NCBI GenBank assembly: GCA_026414185.1
Contig: JAOAJL010000001.1
Coordinates: 545 to 64,544, forward strand
From: Candidatus Micrarchaeota archaeon
GTDB lineage: Archaea; Micrarchaeota; Micrarchaeia; Anstonellales; Anstonellaceae
Reading direction: 5' to 3'
Length of the DNA stretch: 64,000 nucleotides
How positions within the stretch are numbered: the stretch's first letter is position 1; every line of letters starts with the position of its first letter. Positions 46,720-56,039 of the stretch are shown in pieces. The notes beneath the pieces were generated by a model, which was given only the letters and a program-made list of their open reading frames with translations, was not told the origin of the DNA and did no database searches. The position numbers and the translations under genes are program-made.

Positions 46720-47469
46720 ATGGGTAAGCGGGGCGGAAAGAAAAGGGCGCAACTGCCGCCGGGCGAGAGGTTCCTTGTCATCCTTGTTGAGCCGCAGTAT
46801 GGGATTAACATCGGCGCTGTTGCGAGGGTGATGAAAAACTTCGGCTTCAGGCGCCTTGCTCTTGTCAGCCCCAAATGCGACCATCTTGGTTTTGAAGCCA
46901 TGATGCACGCCAAGCATGCGAAGGATGTGCTTGAAGGCGCAAGGGTTGAGCCTTCCCTTTCTGCCGCAATCCGTGGCTGCCGCCTTGTAATAGGGACGAC
47001 TGGCGTTCTTTACCGCCACTGGCACCAGACTTTCAGAACGCCAATCAGCCCAAGGCAGCTTCGCAGGAAGCTTTCCGCCCAGAGAGAGGGGCAGGTTGCG
47101 CTTGTGTTCGGAAACGAGGGAACAGGGCTTTCAGAGGGCGACATTTCAGCCTGCGACTTTTTGGTAACCATACCCTCAAGCAAAGAATATCCTGTGCTGA
47201 ACCTCAGCCATGCGGTAGCCGTCCTCCTATATGAGCTTTCAGGCATCAGAAGGGTGTTCTTTGCATCCTCCAAGGCTGAAAAGGAAGCGCTTTTGGATGC
47301 CTTCGGGCGCCTTGTCAGGAGATATTCTCCGATAATGCGCAACCCGAAAAAGGTGATGGTTGCTTTCCGCAGGATGGTCGGCAAGGCGATGCTCTCGGAG
47401 AAAGAATGCGCCGCAATCCACGGCGTGATAAGGAGGGCTGTGCGCGAGCTTGAGAAAAAGGGGGCTTAG
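46720..47469 (+). CDS. trmJ: TrmJ-family SPOUT tRNA methyltransferase
   Basis: NIGAVARVMKNFG, VFGNEGTGL, YPVLNLSHAV. Confidence 0.92.
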   Translation: MGKRGGKKRAQLPPGERFLVILVEPQYGINIGAVARVMKNFGFRRLALVSPKCDHLGFEAMMHAKHAKDVLEGARVEPSLSAAIRGCRLVIGTTGVLYRHWHQTFRTPISPRQLRRKLSAQREGQVALVFGNEGTGLSEGDISACDFLVTIPSSKEYPVLNLSHAVAVLLYELSGIRRVFFASSKAEKEALLDAFGRLVRRYSPIMRNPKKVMVAFRRMVGKAMLSEKECAAIHGVIRRAVRELEKKGA

Positions 47470-50400
47470 CCCTCTTTTTTCGGAAGGGCTTTTTTCTCAG
47501 GCGGCTTCTTGCTGCCTGCAAAAAGGAAGTAGTAGGATGCGGCAAGGACAAAAATCAGCGATACGCCCCACAGGAGAAGGGTCTTGGCATCAGTCCCTGC
47601 GCCCGATTTCTTTGAGAGAAAAGCGCTTGCTGCGCCTATCGCCCTTTTTGAAGCCATGAGGGACTGCGCATAAAGCCCCTCTGAGAAGAGAGCGTCTGCG
47701 GCTGAGACTTCCTGCTCTATCTGTGACAGCTCGCCTTTTTCCTCCTCCGACGCCTTCTGCCTGCTTTCGCTTAGGGAGGCTTTTGCGACAGAAAGCTGGG
47801 ACGCCGCGCTCTGCTTGACATAGGCAAGCGAGCTTTCAATTGAGTCTGCCAGCCCCTGCAAGCCAGCCAGGGTTTTGTTGGCAAGTTCAAGCGAGCCTTG
47901 CGCGCCAAGCTTTCCTGAGGAAGCCTGCTGCATTGACCTGTCAAGCTCAGAGAGGGATTTTTGGATTGCGGCGGGGGTGAGCGGAAGCTGCTTTTTGCTT
48001 GCCCCTTCAAGAGCAGAGTAGGTTGACGAGTAGGTGAAAAGCATCTCGTCCGCAGTTTTTCTCAGCAGGGCGAACTTTTCGGCAATCTGCGCCGTTTGAG
48101 ATGCCGCACTTCTTTGCGCATCCTGAGAGATTTTGGATGCCTGGGCAAGCAGGCCGATGGCTTGTGAGGAAAGGACGAATGACTGCAGCGCTTTTCCCTC
48201 CGCATAGCGCCGCTGGGAAAGCGAGATTAGCCCTTCCGCCTCTGAAAGCAGTCCTTCATCTACCATCGGCATTTTTCTTGCCTGCGCGTAGCTTTCGGAT
48301 GCCTCTTTTGAGTTTTTCCAGCAAAGCTCAGCCAGAGCCTCTGATGCGTCCGCCCTTGCCTTTGCCAGCATGGAGGCGGCTTTTTGGTATTCGCCCTCTT
48401 CCGCCTTTGCAGCCGCTTCGGAAAGAGAGGGGGAAAGCCCCTGCGAAATTTTGGAGAGAAGCGCAGCCTGCTGTGGAATGGAGGGCAAGAGCTCCTGCAC
48501 AGTCTTCTCAAGCTCTGAAAGCAGTCCAGCCGCAGACTCGTTTTCCGAGAGGTAAGACTGGTAGTCTGCATAGCGGTAGGCAAGCGCAAATCCCTCCTGC
48601 CCAATCTGCGCGAGGATGGAGAGAGCTTCCTGCGTCCTGTTTGCCGCCGCAAGCTGCCTTGCCTGCATAAGGCGGGCGGAATCCTTTGCCCTTCCATAAA
48701 GCCGGACCTGCGCCTCCGCCTGCTCAAAGCCAGCCGCAAGCCCAGCCTCTGCGTCTTTCTCTTCGTAGGATATGATGAACTGCTCCGCCATGCCCTTTTT
48801 TATCGGCTGGATGGAGAATATGATGAATGTTCCGCTTCCGCCGCTTACGGAATACTGGGCTGAAACGCGGCTTGAAGAAAGCGGGGAGACGGACAGACGC
48901 GAGATTTCCCCCGCAGGCTCGTATATCCTAACCACCGCCGCATCGCAGTCAATTGAGGGCACGACTTCTACCCGAAGCAGAGCCTTTCTTGCGCCGCTTG
49001 GGAGAGCTTCGTAGTTTGCCTCCTTCCGCACTATGCTGAATGGCTCCCCGACCAGCATCTGCAAAAGCAGGCTGTTTCTGCCCTGCTGCACCGGGCCCAC
49101 CGCGCCTTCCACCTTGCCCCCTGAAATTTGCGCATCAAAAGCCCTTCCTGCGAAAGAAAGCCTTGCCTGCCGCGCGCTTGGCGGCACCTCCTCCTGAACA
49201 AGAAGCGCGCCCAGCGGGCGGGAAGAGGTAAACTGCACTATCCTGGCAATCTCCGCCCCTTCAGGAAGGGCAAGATGGCACTCCTCGGAAGACTGCACTA
49301 TCTGCGCGGGCTGCTCCGTGCGCTCAAAGGCAAGATGAAAGGATGAAAATGGCTCCACCCCGTCAAGAACGATTGCTGTCTTTTGCCCCTCGGGATAGGC
49401 GTCGGCAAAGGCATCTCCGTATGAGAAGTCCGGCGAATAGAGGGGAAGCGCAGTCCGCGCATTGAATTTCAATTTCCCAGAATAGCCAAACTCAGATGGA
49501 TTGCGCGTCGTTATGCTCGCAAAATAGCGCGTCGGCTTGCCCAGAATCGGAGTTTCCGCAAGCTCCTGTGTGACGGAGTTTTTTGAAAGAAGAGCGGAAA
49601 GGTAGAGAGGGAGCTTTTTTTGCGCCTCTGCGTAGAAGTCGGACAGGTCCTGGCGTATCCTTTTGAGCTGTCCCACAGCTTTGATGGCATCAAGCTTTCC
49701 TGAGCTGAAAAATTGCGAAAGGGCGTCAAATTTTTGCAGGAAAAGCGGCTCCTGCTCCCTTATCGCAGAAACAAGCTGCGCGACCTTCCCATAGTCGTCT
49801 TCTGCGGGGCGGTATTTTTCGTAGAGGCGGAAAAGCGCCCGTTCCTTTTCGGCTTTTGCCGCCTGCAGTATCTGCTGCGCTGTGAATGGGCTGCTGGCTG
49901 ACGAAAGAATCTTCTCATAGTCTGCGGCAAGCGAAAGCTCGTATTCCACGTCAAGGCCGTCCGAGCCTGCCTTTTCAAGAACGGATTTCAGCTCGGTGAT
50001 TGCGCGTTTTGCCTCTTCAACATCAGGCTGCCAGGCGCTTCTTCCGATTGCCGCTTTTGCGCCTGAGACAAGAGCCAGCGCCTCTTTGTAATCCGAGAAT
50101 TTTTCGCCCAGGGTTGCCCTTGCATCCGCCGAGTCAATTTTCTGCCTTGCCTGCGCGATGAGGCGTCTTGCATGTTCAACATCCGCCAAGCCGAATGCGT
50201 CGGGCTGGAGCGCGCTTGCTGTTTTTTCAGCATCCGCAAGTGCCTTTTGCGCCAAAACCCGCTGCGCCTCCACCGCCGCCTCAGCGCTTGAGCGCACAAG
50301 CTTTGCAGAGTAGAACGAAGCGCGCGCCGTGCCTTCAGCTTCCTTCGCATATGAAATCGCATCCGCAAGGTAGCCGCTTGGCTTTGCATCAACAAGCATT

Positions 50401-51467
50401 TCCGCTTGCGAAAGGCGCATCTGGCAGAAATCCAGCCTCTCCTTTGCCAAAAGATAGCCGCTTAGGATTCCTGAGAAGCCGCTACCGGCTATTGAGCGGT
50501 TTGCAGCGGTTCCGATGGGCGGCTCACCAATCAGCTCAAGCTTCTGCTTGGAAAGCCACGAAACCTCCTGTGAAAGCTCGGAAACTGCTTGGCTGGCGGA
50601 GGCGCGCGAATCCACATATTCCTTTTCCATGTTCCGCTTGGCTTGCGAAAGCTCCCCGTAAAGCCTCGCCAGCCGCAGAAGGGTGGAATTGCCACCGCTT
50701 CCGTAGGCGGCAGAAACATAGCCTGGAAAGCCGGCTTGGGAAAAGTCAGGGAATGCGGGCTTGCTTGCGAAGTAGCTGCTTATCCCGCGCGCCTTTTGGG
50801 GCGCGCACAGCTCCTCTTGGCTGGAAAGGAGGGAGCGGGCGTAAAAGTAAGGTTGCTTTGCCTTTCCGCTGTAGCTTGGCTTTCCCGCCCCAGCAGCTTC
50901 AAGTTCAGCCATTTTCCTGTCAGCAAGTTCGCCCACCTCAAAGCCCGCCATGCGCGCATAATCAAGCGAGTCGGCGGTGCTGGAGAGGGTGGCTGAAAAA
51001 AGCTTCGGGTAGGAAGTCACGTAAAGATAGAGATTGTAGATGATTCCCACGCCGCTTGCGCGGATTGTAAAATCGGTCAAGTCCGCTATTTTCTGCGTGC
51101 CGCCCAAGACGCGTCGCGCCTCTTCCCTTGACTGCTTGGCTGAAAGCAGTGCGTTGCCTGCTTTTGAAAGGAGGGTGGATGCGCCTTCCAGGCTCTGCCT
51201 GTCCTGCGAGGGGACGGACTCCAAAAGCGCCTGCGGGCTTTCAAGCCAGAGGCTTTCAAGCTCAAGGCTTGAAAGGGACCGGTCAAGCTCTGGCTTGTAT
51301 ATGTCAACTGGCCCAAGATGGTAAAGGTTTGGGTTTTGCGACCAGTAAAGTGGCGAAAGCCAGAATCTTTCAACCGCGCCGCCCTCAAAGCAGCCGGAGA
51401 ATGAGGCGGGACTTAAAATAGGCAGGAGAAAAAACAGGACAAGGAGGCACCTCCCTCTCACCTCCAT
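47466..51467 (-). CDS. 1333-aa exported, C-terminally anchored protein with long helical and central beta regions
   Basis: Signal peptide, Ala-rich amphipathic helices, C-terminal TM and basic tail. Confidence 0.8.
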   Translation of the reverse strand: MEVRGRCLLVLFFLLPILSPASFSGCFEGGAVERFWLSPLYWSQNPNLYHLGPVDIYKPELDRSLSSLELESLWLESPQALLESVPSQDRQSLEGASTLLSKAGNALLSAKQSREEARRVLGGTQKIADLTDFTIRASGVGIIYNLYLYVTSYPKLFSATLSSTADSLDYARMAGFEVGELADRKMAELEAAGAGKPSYSGKAKQPYFYARSLLSSQEELCAPQKARGISSYFASKPAFPDFSQAGFPGYVSAAYGSGGNSTLLRLARLYGELSQAKRNMEKEYVDSRASASQAVSELSQEVSWLSKQKLELIGEPPIGTAANRSIAGSGFSGILSGYLLAKERLDFCQMRLSQAEMLVDAKPSGYLADAISYAKEAEGTARASFYSAKLVRSSAEAAVEAQRVLAQKALADAEKTASALQPDAFGLADVEHARRLIAQARQKIDSADARATLGEKFSDYKEALALVSGAKAAIGRSAWQPDVEEAKRAITELKSVLEKAGSDGLDVEYELSLAADYEKILSSASSPFTAQQILQAAKAEKERALFRLYEKYRPAEDDYGKVAQLVSAIREQEPLFLQKFDALSQFFSSGKLDAIKAVGQLKRIRQDLSDFYAEAQKKLPLYLSALLSKNSVTQELAETPILGKPTRYFASITTRNPSEFGYSGKLKFNARTALPLYSPDFSYGDAFADAYPEGQKTAIVLDGVEPFSSFHLAFERTEQPAQIVQSSEECHLALPEGAEIARIVQFTSSRPLGALLVQEEVPPSARQARLSFAGRAFDAQISGGKVEGAVGPVQQGRNSLLLQMLVGEPFSIVRKEANYEALPSGARKALLRVEVVPSIDCDAAVVRIYEPAGEISRLSVSPLSSSRVSAQYSVSGGSGTFIIFSIQPIKKGMAEQFIISYEEKDAEAGLAAGFEQAEAQVRLYGRAKDSARLMQARQLAAANRTQEALSILAQIGQEGFALAYRYADYQSYLSENESAAGLLSELEKTVQELLPSIPQQAALLSKISQGLSPSLSEAAAKAEEGEYQKAASMLAKARADASEALAELCWKNSKEASESYAQARKMPMVDEGLLSEAEGLISLSQRRYAEGKALQSFVLSSQAIGLLAQASKISQDAQRSAASQTAQIAEKFALLRKTADEMLFTYSSTYSALEGASKKQLPLTPAAIQKSLSELDRSMQQASSGKLGAQGSLELANKTLAGLQGLADSIESSLAYVKQSAASQLSVAKASLSESRQKASEEEKGELSQIEQEVSAADALFSEGLYAQSLMASKRAIGAASAFLSKKSGAGTDAKTLLLWGVSLIFVLAASYYFLFAGSKKPPEKKALPKKEG

Positions 51468-51497
51468 AAGAAAAATTCGCAGGAGAAATTATTATTG

Positions 51498-52133
51498 CTA
51501 TCGTGCAGGCTCCAAGATGCGCACGTCCACCTTTCCGCCCGTCTTCTGCTCAACTGCGGATTTGAACTTTGCGGGGTCTGCTTTTGTTTCCGCAAGGTAG
51601 TTGAAGTGATAGGGAATCGCGACTTTTGGAGCTATCGCGGCGATGGCTTCCGCGGCTTCTGCCTCGTCCATCGTGTATTTTCCGCCGATTGGGACGACGG
51701 CAATATCGCACCTGTAGCCCTTCATCTCGGGTATGAAATCCGTGTCGCCTGCCACATAGACGGATGCGGTTCTGAACCGGATTATATAGCCAACCCCCTC
51801 GCCTTTCGGGTGGAAGGGCTTTCCGATATTGTAGGCTGGCACGGCTTCAATGGAGACCGGACCTGCCTTTTCTTTTGAGCCTATCTCCAGCAACCGGATT
51901 GGGAGCTTGCAGCTTTTGGCGCCCATTAGAACAGTGGAGTGCTTTGTTATTGAAGGCGCGCTTACGCAGTGGTCAAAGTGCCCGTGTGTATAAAGTATCA
52001 GGTCAGCTTCCCTGCTTCCTTTCGGCACTACGTATGGGTCAACATAGACTGCAATCCCGTCGCCTTCAAGCAAAACAGAGGCGTGCCCAAGCCACGTCAG
52101 CTTCACTCCTGAGAAAATGGTGCTTGATGCCAT
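51498..52133 (-). CDS. MBL-fold metallo-hydrolase (UPF0173-like)
   Basis: WLGHAS, YVDP, THGHFDH, AGDTD, IPYHF. Confidence 0.92.
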   Translation of the reverse strand: MASSTIFSGVKLTWLGHASVLLEGDGIAVYVDPYVVPKGSREADLILYTHGHFDHCVSAPSITKHSTVLMGAKSCKLPIRLLEIGSKEKAGPVSIEAVPAYNIGKPFHPKGEGVGYIIRFRTASVYVAGDTDFIPEMKGYRCDIAVVPIGGKYTMDEAEAAEAIAAIAPKVAIPYHFNYLAETKADPAKFKSAVEQKTGGKVDVRILEPAR

Positions 52134-52204
52134 TGCATCCCCGAAATGGTTCCGAAGCATCCTTTTTTATCTTTTGGCTATAAGAAACTGGCGCTGGAGG
52201 TATC

Positions 52205-53428
52205 TTGGTGGGCAGTGATGTTTATGACGCCATAGTTGTAGGCGGGGGGCCTGCCGGCTCAACTGCTGCTTCGTTTCTTTCAAAGAAGGGAAGGCGCGTG
52301 CTTCTTTTGGAAAAGGAGAGCTGGCCTCGGGACAAGACCTGCGGGGATGCGGTTTCCGGCAAGGCGGTCGGCATACTTGCTGAGCTTGGGCTGACGCAGC
52401 AGCTTGAGGCTGCGCCCCACGCAGAAGTTTTTGGGCTGACCTTCTCCTCGCCTGAAGGCAGGCAGGTCAGCATCCCTTTTGCGCAGGGCGAAGAAAACAT
52501 AACAAAGGGGTATGTATGCCGCAGGGTTGTTTACGACCATATTCTCTGGAAGAACGCTTCATCCCTCTGCGAAGCTGTTGAGGGGGCGGAAGCCGTATCT
52601 CTGATAATGCAGGGCGGCAAGGCGGCTGGTGTGAGGGCAAAAACGAAAAGCGGCGAGAGGGAATTTTTCGGCAGGCTGATAATCGGCGCAGATGGGGTTT
52701 ATTCCGTGGTTGCCCGGCAAGCCTGCGGAAGGACTGTGGAGCCGGCGCATTCAAGCATAGCCTACCGCGCCTATTACGAAGGCGTGACTGGGATGAACGG
52801 CACGCTGGAGGTGCATTTTGAAAAGTCCATAATGCCCGGCTATTTCTGGATATTCCCTGCTGAAAACGGAGCGGCAAATGTCGGCGCAGGAATGCTCATG
52901 TCGGATGTTTCTGCCAGGAAAATAAACCTGGCTGCCGCTATGGAGAGGATAACGACCCAAAATCCGCTTTTTAAAGAGAGATTTGCGGGCGCAAGGCGCA
53001 TAAGCCCCCTGAAAGCCTGGCAAATCCCGCTTGGCTCAAAGCGCAGGAAAATTCACGCCGACAATGTCCTGCTTGTGGGAGACGCCGCTTGCCTTGTTGA
53101 CCCGTTTTCCGGCGAGGGGATGGGCAACGCAATGCTTTCAGGTAAGATTGCCGCCGAGGTTGCCGATGAGGCGCTGCAGGCGCAGGACACAGGCGAAGCT
53201 TTTCTGTCGCGCTATCCGCAGAGGCTTTGGAAGGAGATTGGCAACGAGCTTGCCACAAGCTACACTATGCAGAGGCTTGGGAAGAACCAGTGGCTTTTGA
53301 ACTTTGTGATAGGCAAGGCTGCGACAAGCAAAAAGGCGCGCGACGCCATCGCAAGCACCTTCTCAAGCAAGAAGGCAAGAAGCGACTACCTCTCCCCGCT
53401 TTTTTACCTAAAGCTCCTGTTCTCATGA
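52205..53428 (+). CDS. Geranylgeranyl-reductase-family FAD oxidoreductase
   Basis: GGGPAGS, RDKTCGD, GADG, PGYFWIFP, VGDAA..VDPFSGEG. Confidence 0.92.
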   Translation: MVGSDVYDAIVVGGGPAGSTAASFLSKKGRRVLLLEKESWPRDKTCGDAVSGKAVGILAELGLTQQLEAAPHAEVFGLTFSSPEGRQVSIPFAQGEENITKGYVCRRVVYDHILWKNASSLCEAVEGAEAVSLIMQGGKAAGVRAKTKSGEREFFGRLIIGADGVYSVVARQACGRTVEPAHSSIAYRAYYEGVTGMNGTLEVHFEKSIMPGYFWIFPAENGAANVGAGMLMSDVSARKINLAAAMERITTQNPLFKERFAGARRISPLKAWQIPLGSKRRKIHADNVLLVGDAACLVDPFSGEGMGNAMLSGKIAAEVADEALQAQDTGEAFLSRYPQRLWKEIGNELATSYTMQRLGKNQWLLNFVIGKAATSKKARDAIASTFSSKKARSDYLSPLFYLKLLFS

Positions 53429-54507
53429 GTGATGGCATGCGCAGCATTCTTGGTGCCGGACCTGCAGGGCTGACCTGCGCAATAAACCTTGCCAAGAGCG
53501 GCGAGAGGGTAAAGGTTTATGAGATACGCAAGGACGTCGGGATGCGCTTCCACCCCAACCTGCAGGGGCTGAAATACCTCTACATGCCTCCCGAGGAATT
53601 CATGGCGAAGATGGGCATAGGCGCCAGGATAGAATACCGATATTTTCCAAAGGCATACATCTGCACGAGAAAGCGCGAAATTGAATTTGACATGAGCGGG
53701 CGCCCGCTTTTGCCGTTTGTGGAAAGAGGGGGGCGCAATTCGCTTGAATACCGGCTTTATGAGGAGGCGCTTTCGCTTGGGGTGGAGTTTGAGTTTGGCT
53801 CAAAAAGACAGGAAAGGGAGGTTGACGTGGTGGCAAGCGGAGCCAAGAGGGCGGACGCGGCGGCTGTTGGGAGGATTTATGAGGATACAGATTTTCCACG
53901 CGACCACTATCTTGTGATGTTTGACGACAGGTTTTCCCCGAAAGGATGGTATTCCTACATCATCCCCACGGGCAAGGATGTTGTGGAGTTTGTCACTTGT
54001 GTTTCAAAGCCCTACATCCCGCTTCTTCACAAGCTTCTTGACAAGGCGATTTTGGAGCGCAGGATAATTGGGGATTTTCTGGCTGGCAAAAAGATACTGG
54101 CAAGTTTTGGCGGCGCAGGCGGAGTCTGGATTCCAAAGACAGCTGTGAAAGAGGGGCGCTATTATGTCGGAGAAGCCGCGGGCTTTCAAGATGCTTTTAT
54201 GGGATTTGGCATAACCCATGCGATAAGGTCCGGCAAGTTTGCGGCTGATGCTATGGTTGGTAAGGGCAATTATGATGCGATGTGGAAACGCGAGATTCTG
54301 CCCTACATGAGAAAGGATTTCGCATGGCGCTTTCCTGCGGCGATATTGGGGGATTGGGTAATAGAGCTTGGAATGCGGAAATACTCCGACAAGAACCGCG
54401 GCGACCTTTCAGGAGCAATCCCTGAGAAAAGCTGGTGGTACAAGCCGGCTGAAGCGATCTGCTTTCATCTGGAGCAGCTGCACTACGCGCTTAGTGGCAG
54501 CTGGTAG
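53425..54507 (+). CDS. Second GGR-like FAD-dependent oxidoreductase
   Basis: GAGPAGL, PKGWYSY, VGEAAGFQD..GFGI..A..SG. Confidence 0.85.
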   Translation: MSDGMRSILGAGPAGLTCAINLAKSGERVKVYEIRKDVGMRFHPNLQGLKYLYMPPEEFMAKMGIGARIEYRYFPKAYICTRKREIEFDMSGRPLLPFVERGGRNSLEYRLYEEALSLGVEFEFGSKRQEREVDVVASGAKRADAAAVGRIYEDTDFPRDHYLVMFDDRFSPKGWYSYIIPTGKDVVEFVTCVSKPYIPLLHKLLDKAILERRIIGDFLAGKKILASFGGAGGVWIPKTAVKEGRYYVGEAAGFQDAFMGFGITHAIRSGKFAADAMVGKGNYDAMWKREILPYMRKDFAWRFPAAILGDWVIELGMRKYSDKNRGDLSGAIPEKSWWYKPAEAICFHLEQLHYALSGSW

Positions 54508-54510
54508 GGC

Positions 54511-54663
54511 TCAGGAAACCTTCTTTTCCCTTCTGAGAGATTTGTAGGCAAACTCCGTCGCGCCTGCCATGTAGGAAGTAAGGAGGGTTCCTGCCGGGTC
54601 AGGAGTGATTCCGTATCTTTTCCAAACCCTCTCAACATAAATGCGAACTGCGGAAAGCAGCAT
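54511..54663 (-). CDS. Putative 50-aa small protein
   Basis: GGCGGAG-ATG; MLLSAVRIYVERVWKRYGITPDPAGTLLTSYMAGATEFAYKSLRREKKVS; below the ORF-track cutoff. Confidence 0.4.
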   Translation of the reverse strand: MLLSAVRIYVERVWKRYGITPDPAGTLLTSYMAGATEFAYKSLRREKKVS

Positions 54664-54776
54664 CTCCGCCGGGATTATCGCGCCTGCGGCATAAAGGGGA
54701 AAACAAACTGTGCGACTGCCAGGGATGGCTTTGACGTGTCGCTCCGCGCCTCTTGCGCCGGAGAGATAGCGGACAA

Positions 54777-55604
54777 CTAAACCTTGTCTTCTTCGCCCTT
54801 TTTCTTCTCCTTGCGCTCAAACTCCACGATTTCTTCCATTGAAACGGTGTCGTCGTGCTTTTTCATGTAAGGCTCAAGCTCCGCCTGTCTCTGCCTGCGC
54901 TTTTCCTCGCGCACGCGCTGCTTGAGCTGCTCAAATCTTGCCTGCCGAAGCTGCTGCCTTTTCTTCTCCCTTTCCTGCCGCAGTTTGAGCCTCTGCTCGT
55001 AAGCCGCCTTTCTTTCTGCAACCAGCTGGGCGTATTTCTCATCGCATTTTTTCCTTGCCTGCGCCAATTCGTGCTCAAGGGAGCGAATCTCAGACATTAC
55101 TGCGCGCAGGTTCTTTCTTGCCTCTTCAAGCGCGCGGCGGGCGGAATCAAGCTCCTTGTGCTTGGAAAGCTCCTGCCTTATCTGCCGCAGCCTCTTGAGA
55201 AGCTCCTTTTCTTTTTTCGGCGTGTATGCCTCTGTTGAGATTGAGAACTCTATGCGGGCTGCCTCCTCTGCGAGCTTCATTGTGTGGGAGGCGCCTTTGC
55301 CGCGCAAGGCAGGCATTATCTCCGCTATCTTCTTGCGCGCTTGGCTTGCCTGCTCGTTTTTTTGCTTGAGAAGCTCTATTATTGACTGGCGCTGGGAAAC
55401 AAGCGCGTCAAATTCTACCTCAAGGGCGGTTTTTTGCCTTTGGGCTTTCTGTGGGCTTGGCGGGGGGAGGAGAATCGGCTTTTTCTCTTCGCAAAGAAGG
55501 GGCGCCTGTTTTTCTTGTTCTTGCGGTATCTCCGCTATCTCTTTTATGCCGGCTGGAAGCGAAGACAAATCCGGCTGCCCTTTGAGCTTTTTTTGCGGCT
55601 CCAA
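54777..55604 (-). CDS. Archaeal coiled-coil protein (COG1340-like)
   Basis: IEFSISTEAYTPKKEKELLKRL motif within a long K/E/Q coiled coil. Confidence 0.75.
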   Translation of the reverse strand: MEPQKKLKGQPDLSSLPAGIKEIAEIPQEQEKQAPLLCEEKKPILLPPPSPQKAQRQKTALEVEFDALVSQRQSIIELLKQKNEQASQARKKIAEIMPALRGKGASHTMKLAEEAARIEFSISTEAYTPKKEKELLKRLRQIRQELSKHKELDSARRALEEARKNLRAVMSEIRSLEHELAQARKKCDEKYAQLVAERKAAYEQRLKLRQEREKKRQQLRQARFEQLKQRVREEKRRQRQAELEPYMKKHDDTVSMEEIVEFERKEKKKGEEDKV

Positions 55605-55792
55605 GCATTCACCATTTTGTTGTTTTTTGTGTGTGTTTATATAGAAACATTTATATATATGACCACTGCAATCATCTCTCAGAGGAAATGCCCGTCTTCT
55701 ATTCTGTCTCTGACAGAAAACTGGTCGCCTTGCCTGCGCGCAAAACGCGCAGGCCTTCTTTTGTTAAAACCGCCAGCGCGAGCCATACGCGG

Positions 55793-56008
55793 CTATTTCG
55801 CGCCTTCCTTTTTATTTGTTTTATCTTTTGCCCCAAGCTCCCTGATTGAACCGACAAGCAGCCACTCGCGCAGCTGCTCAATCAGTATGAGCGCAAGCAC
55901 TGCGCCAAGCCGCAATGCCTTGTCCTGGCTGTCAAGAATGATAAAGATGCAGAATGCCGCAGGAAGCAAAAGCAAAAACCGCGCGCCGAAAGCCTTGTGA
56001 AAGTCCAT
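55793..56008 (-). CDS. Small hypothetical membrane protein
   Basis: Two hydrophobic segments; downstream of gap on the same strand. Confidence 0.5.
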   Translation of the reverse strand: MDFHKAFGARFLLLLPAAFCIFIILDSQDKALRLGAVLALILIEQLREWLLVGSIRELGAKDKTNKKEGAK

Positions 56009-56039
56009 CCGAAAAACACCGCATGCCGCCTGCAGATTC

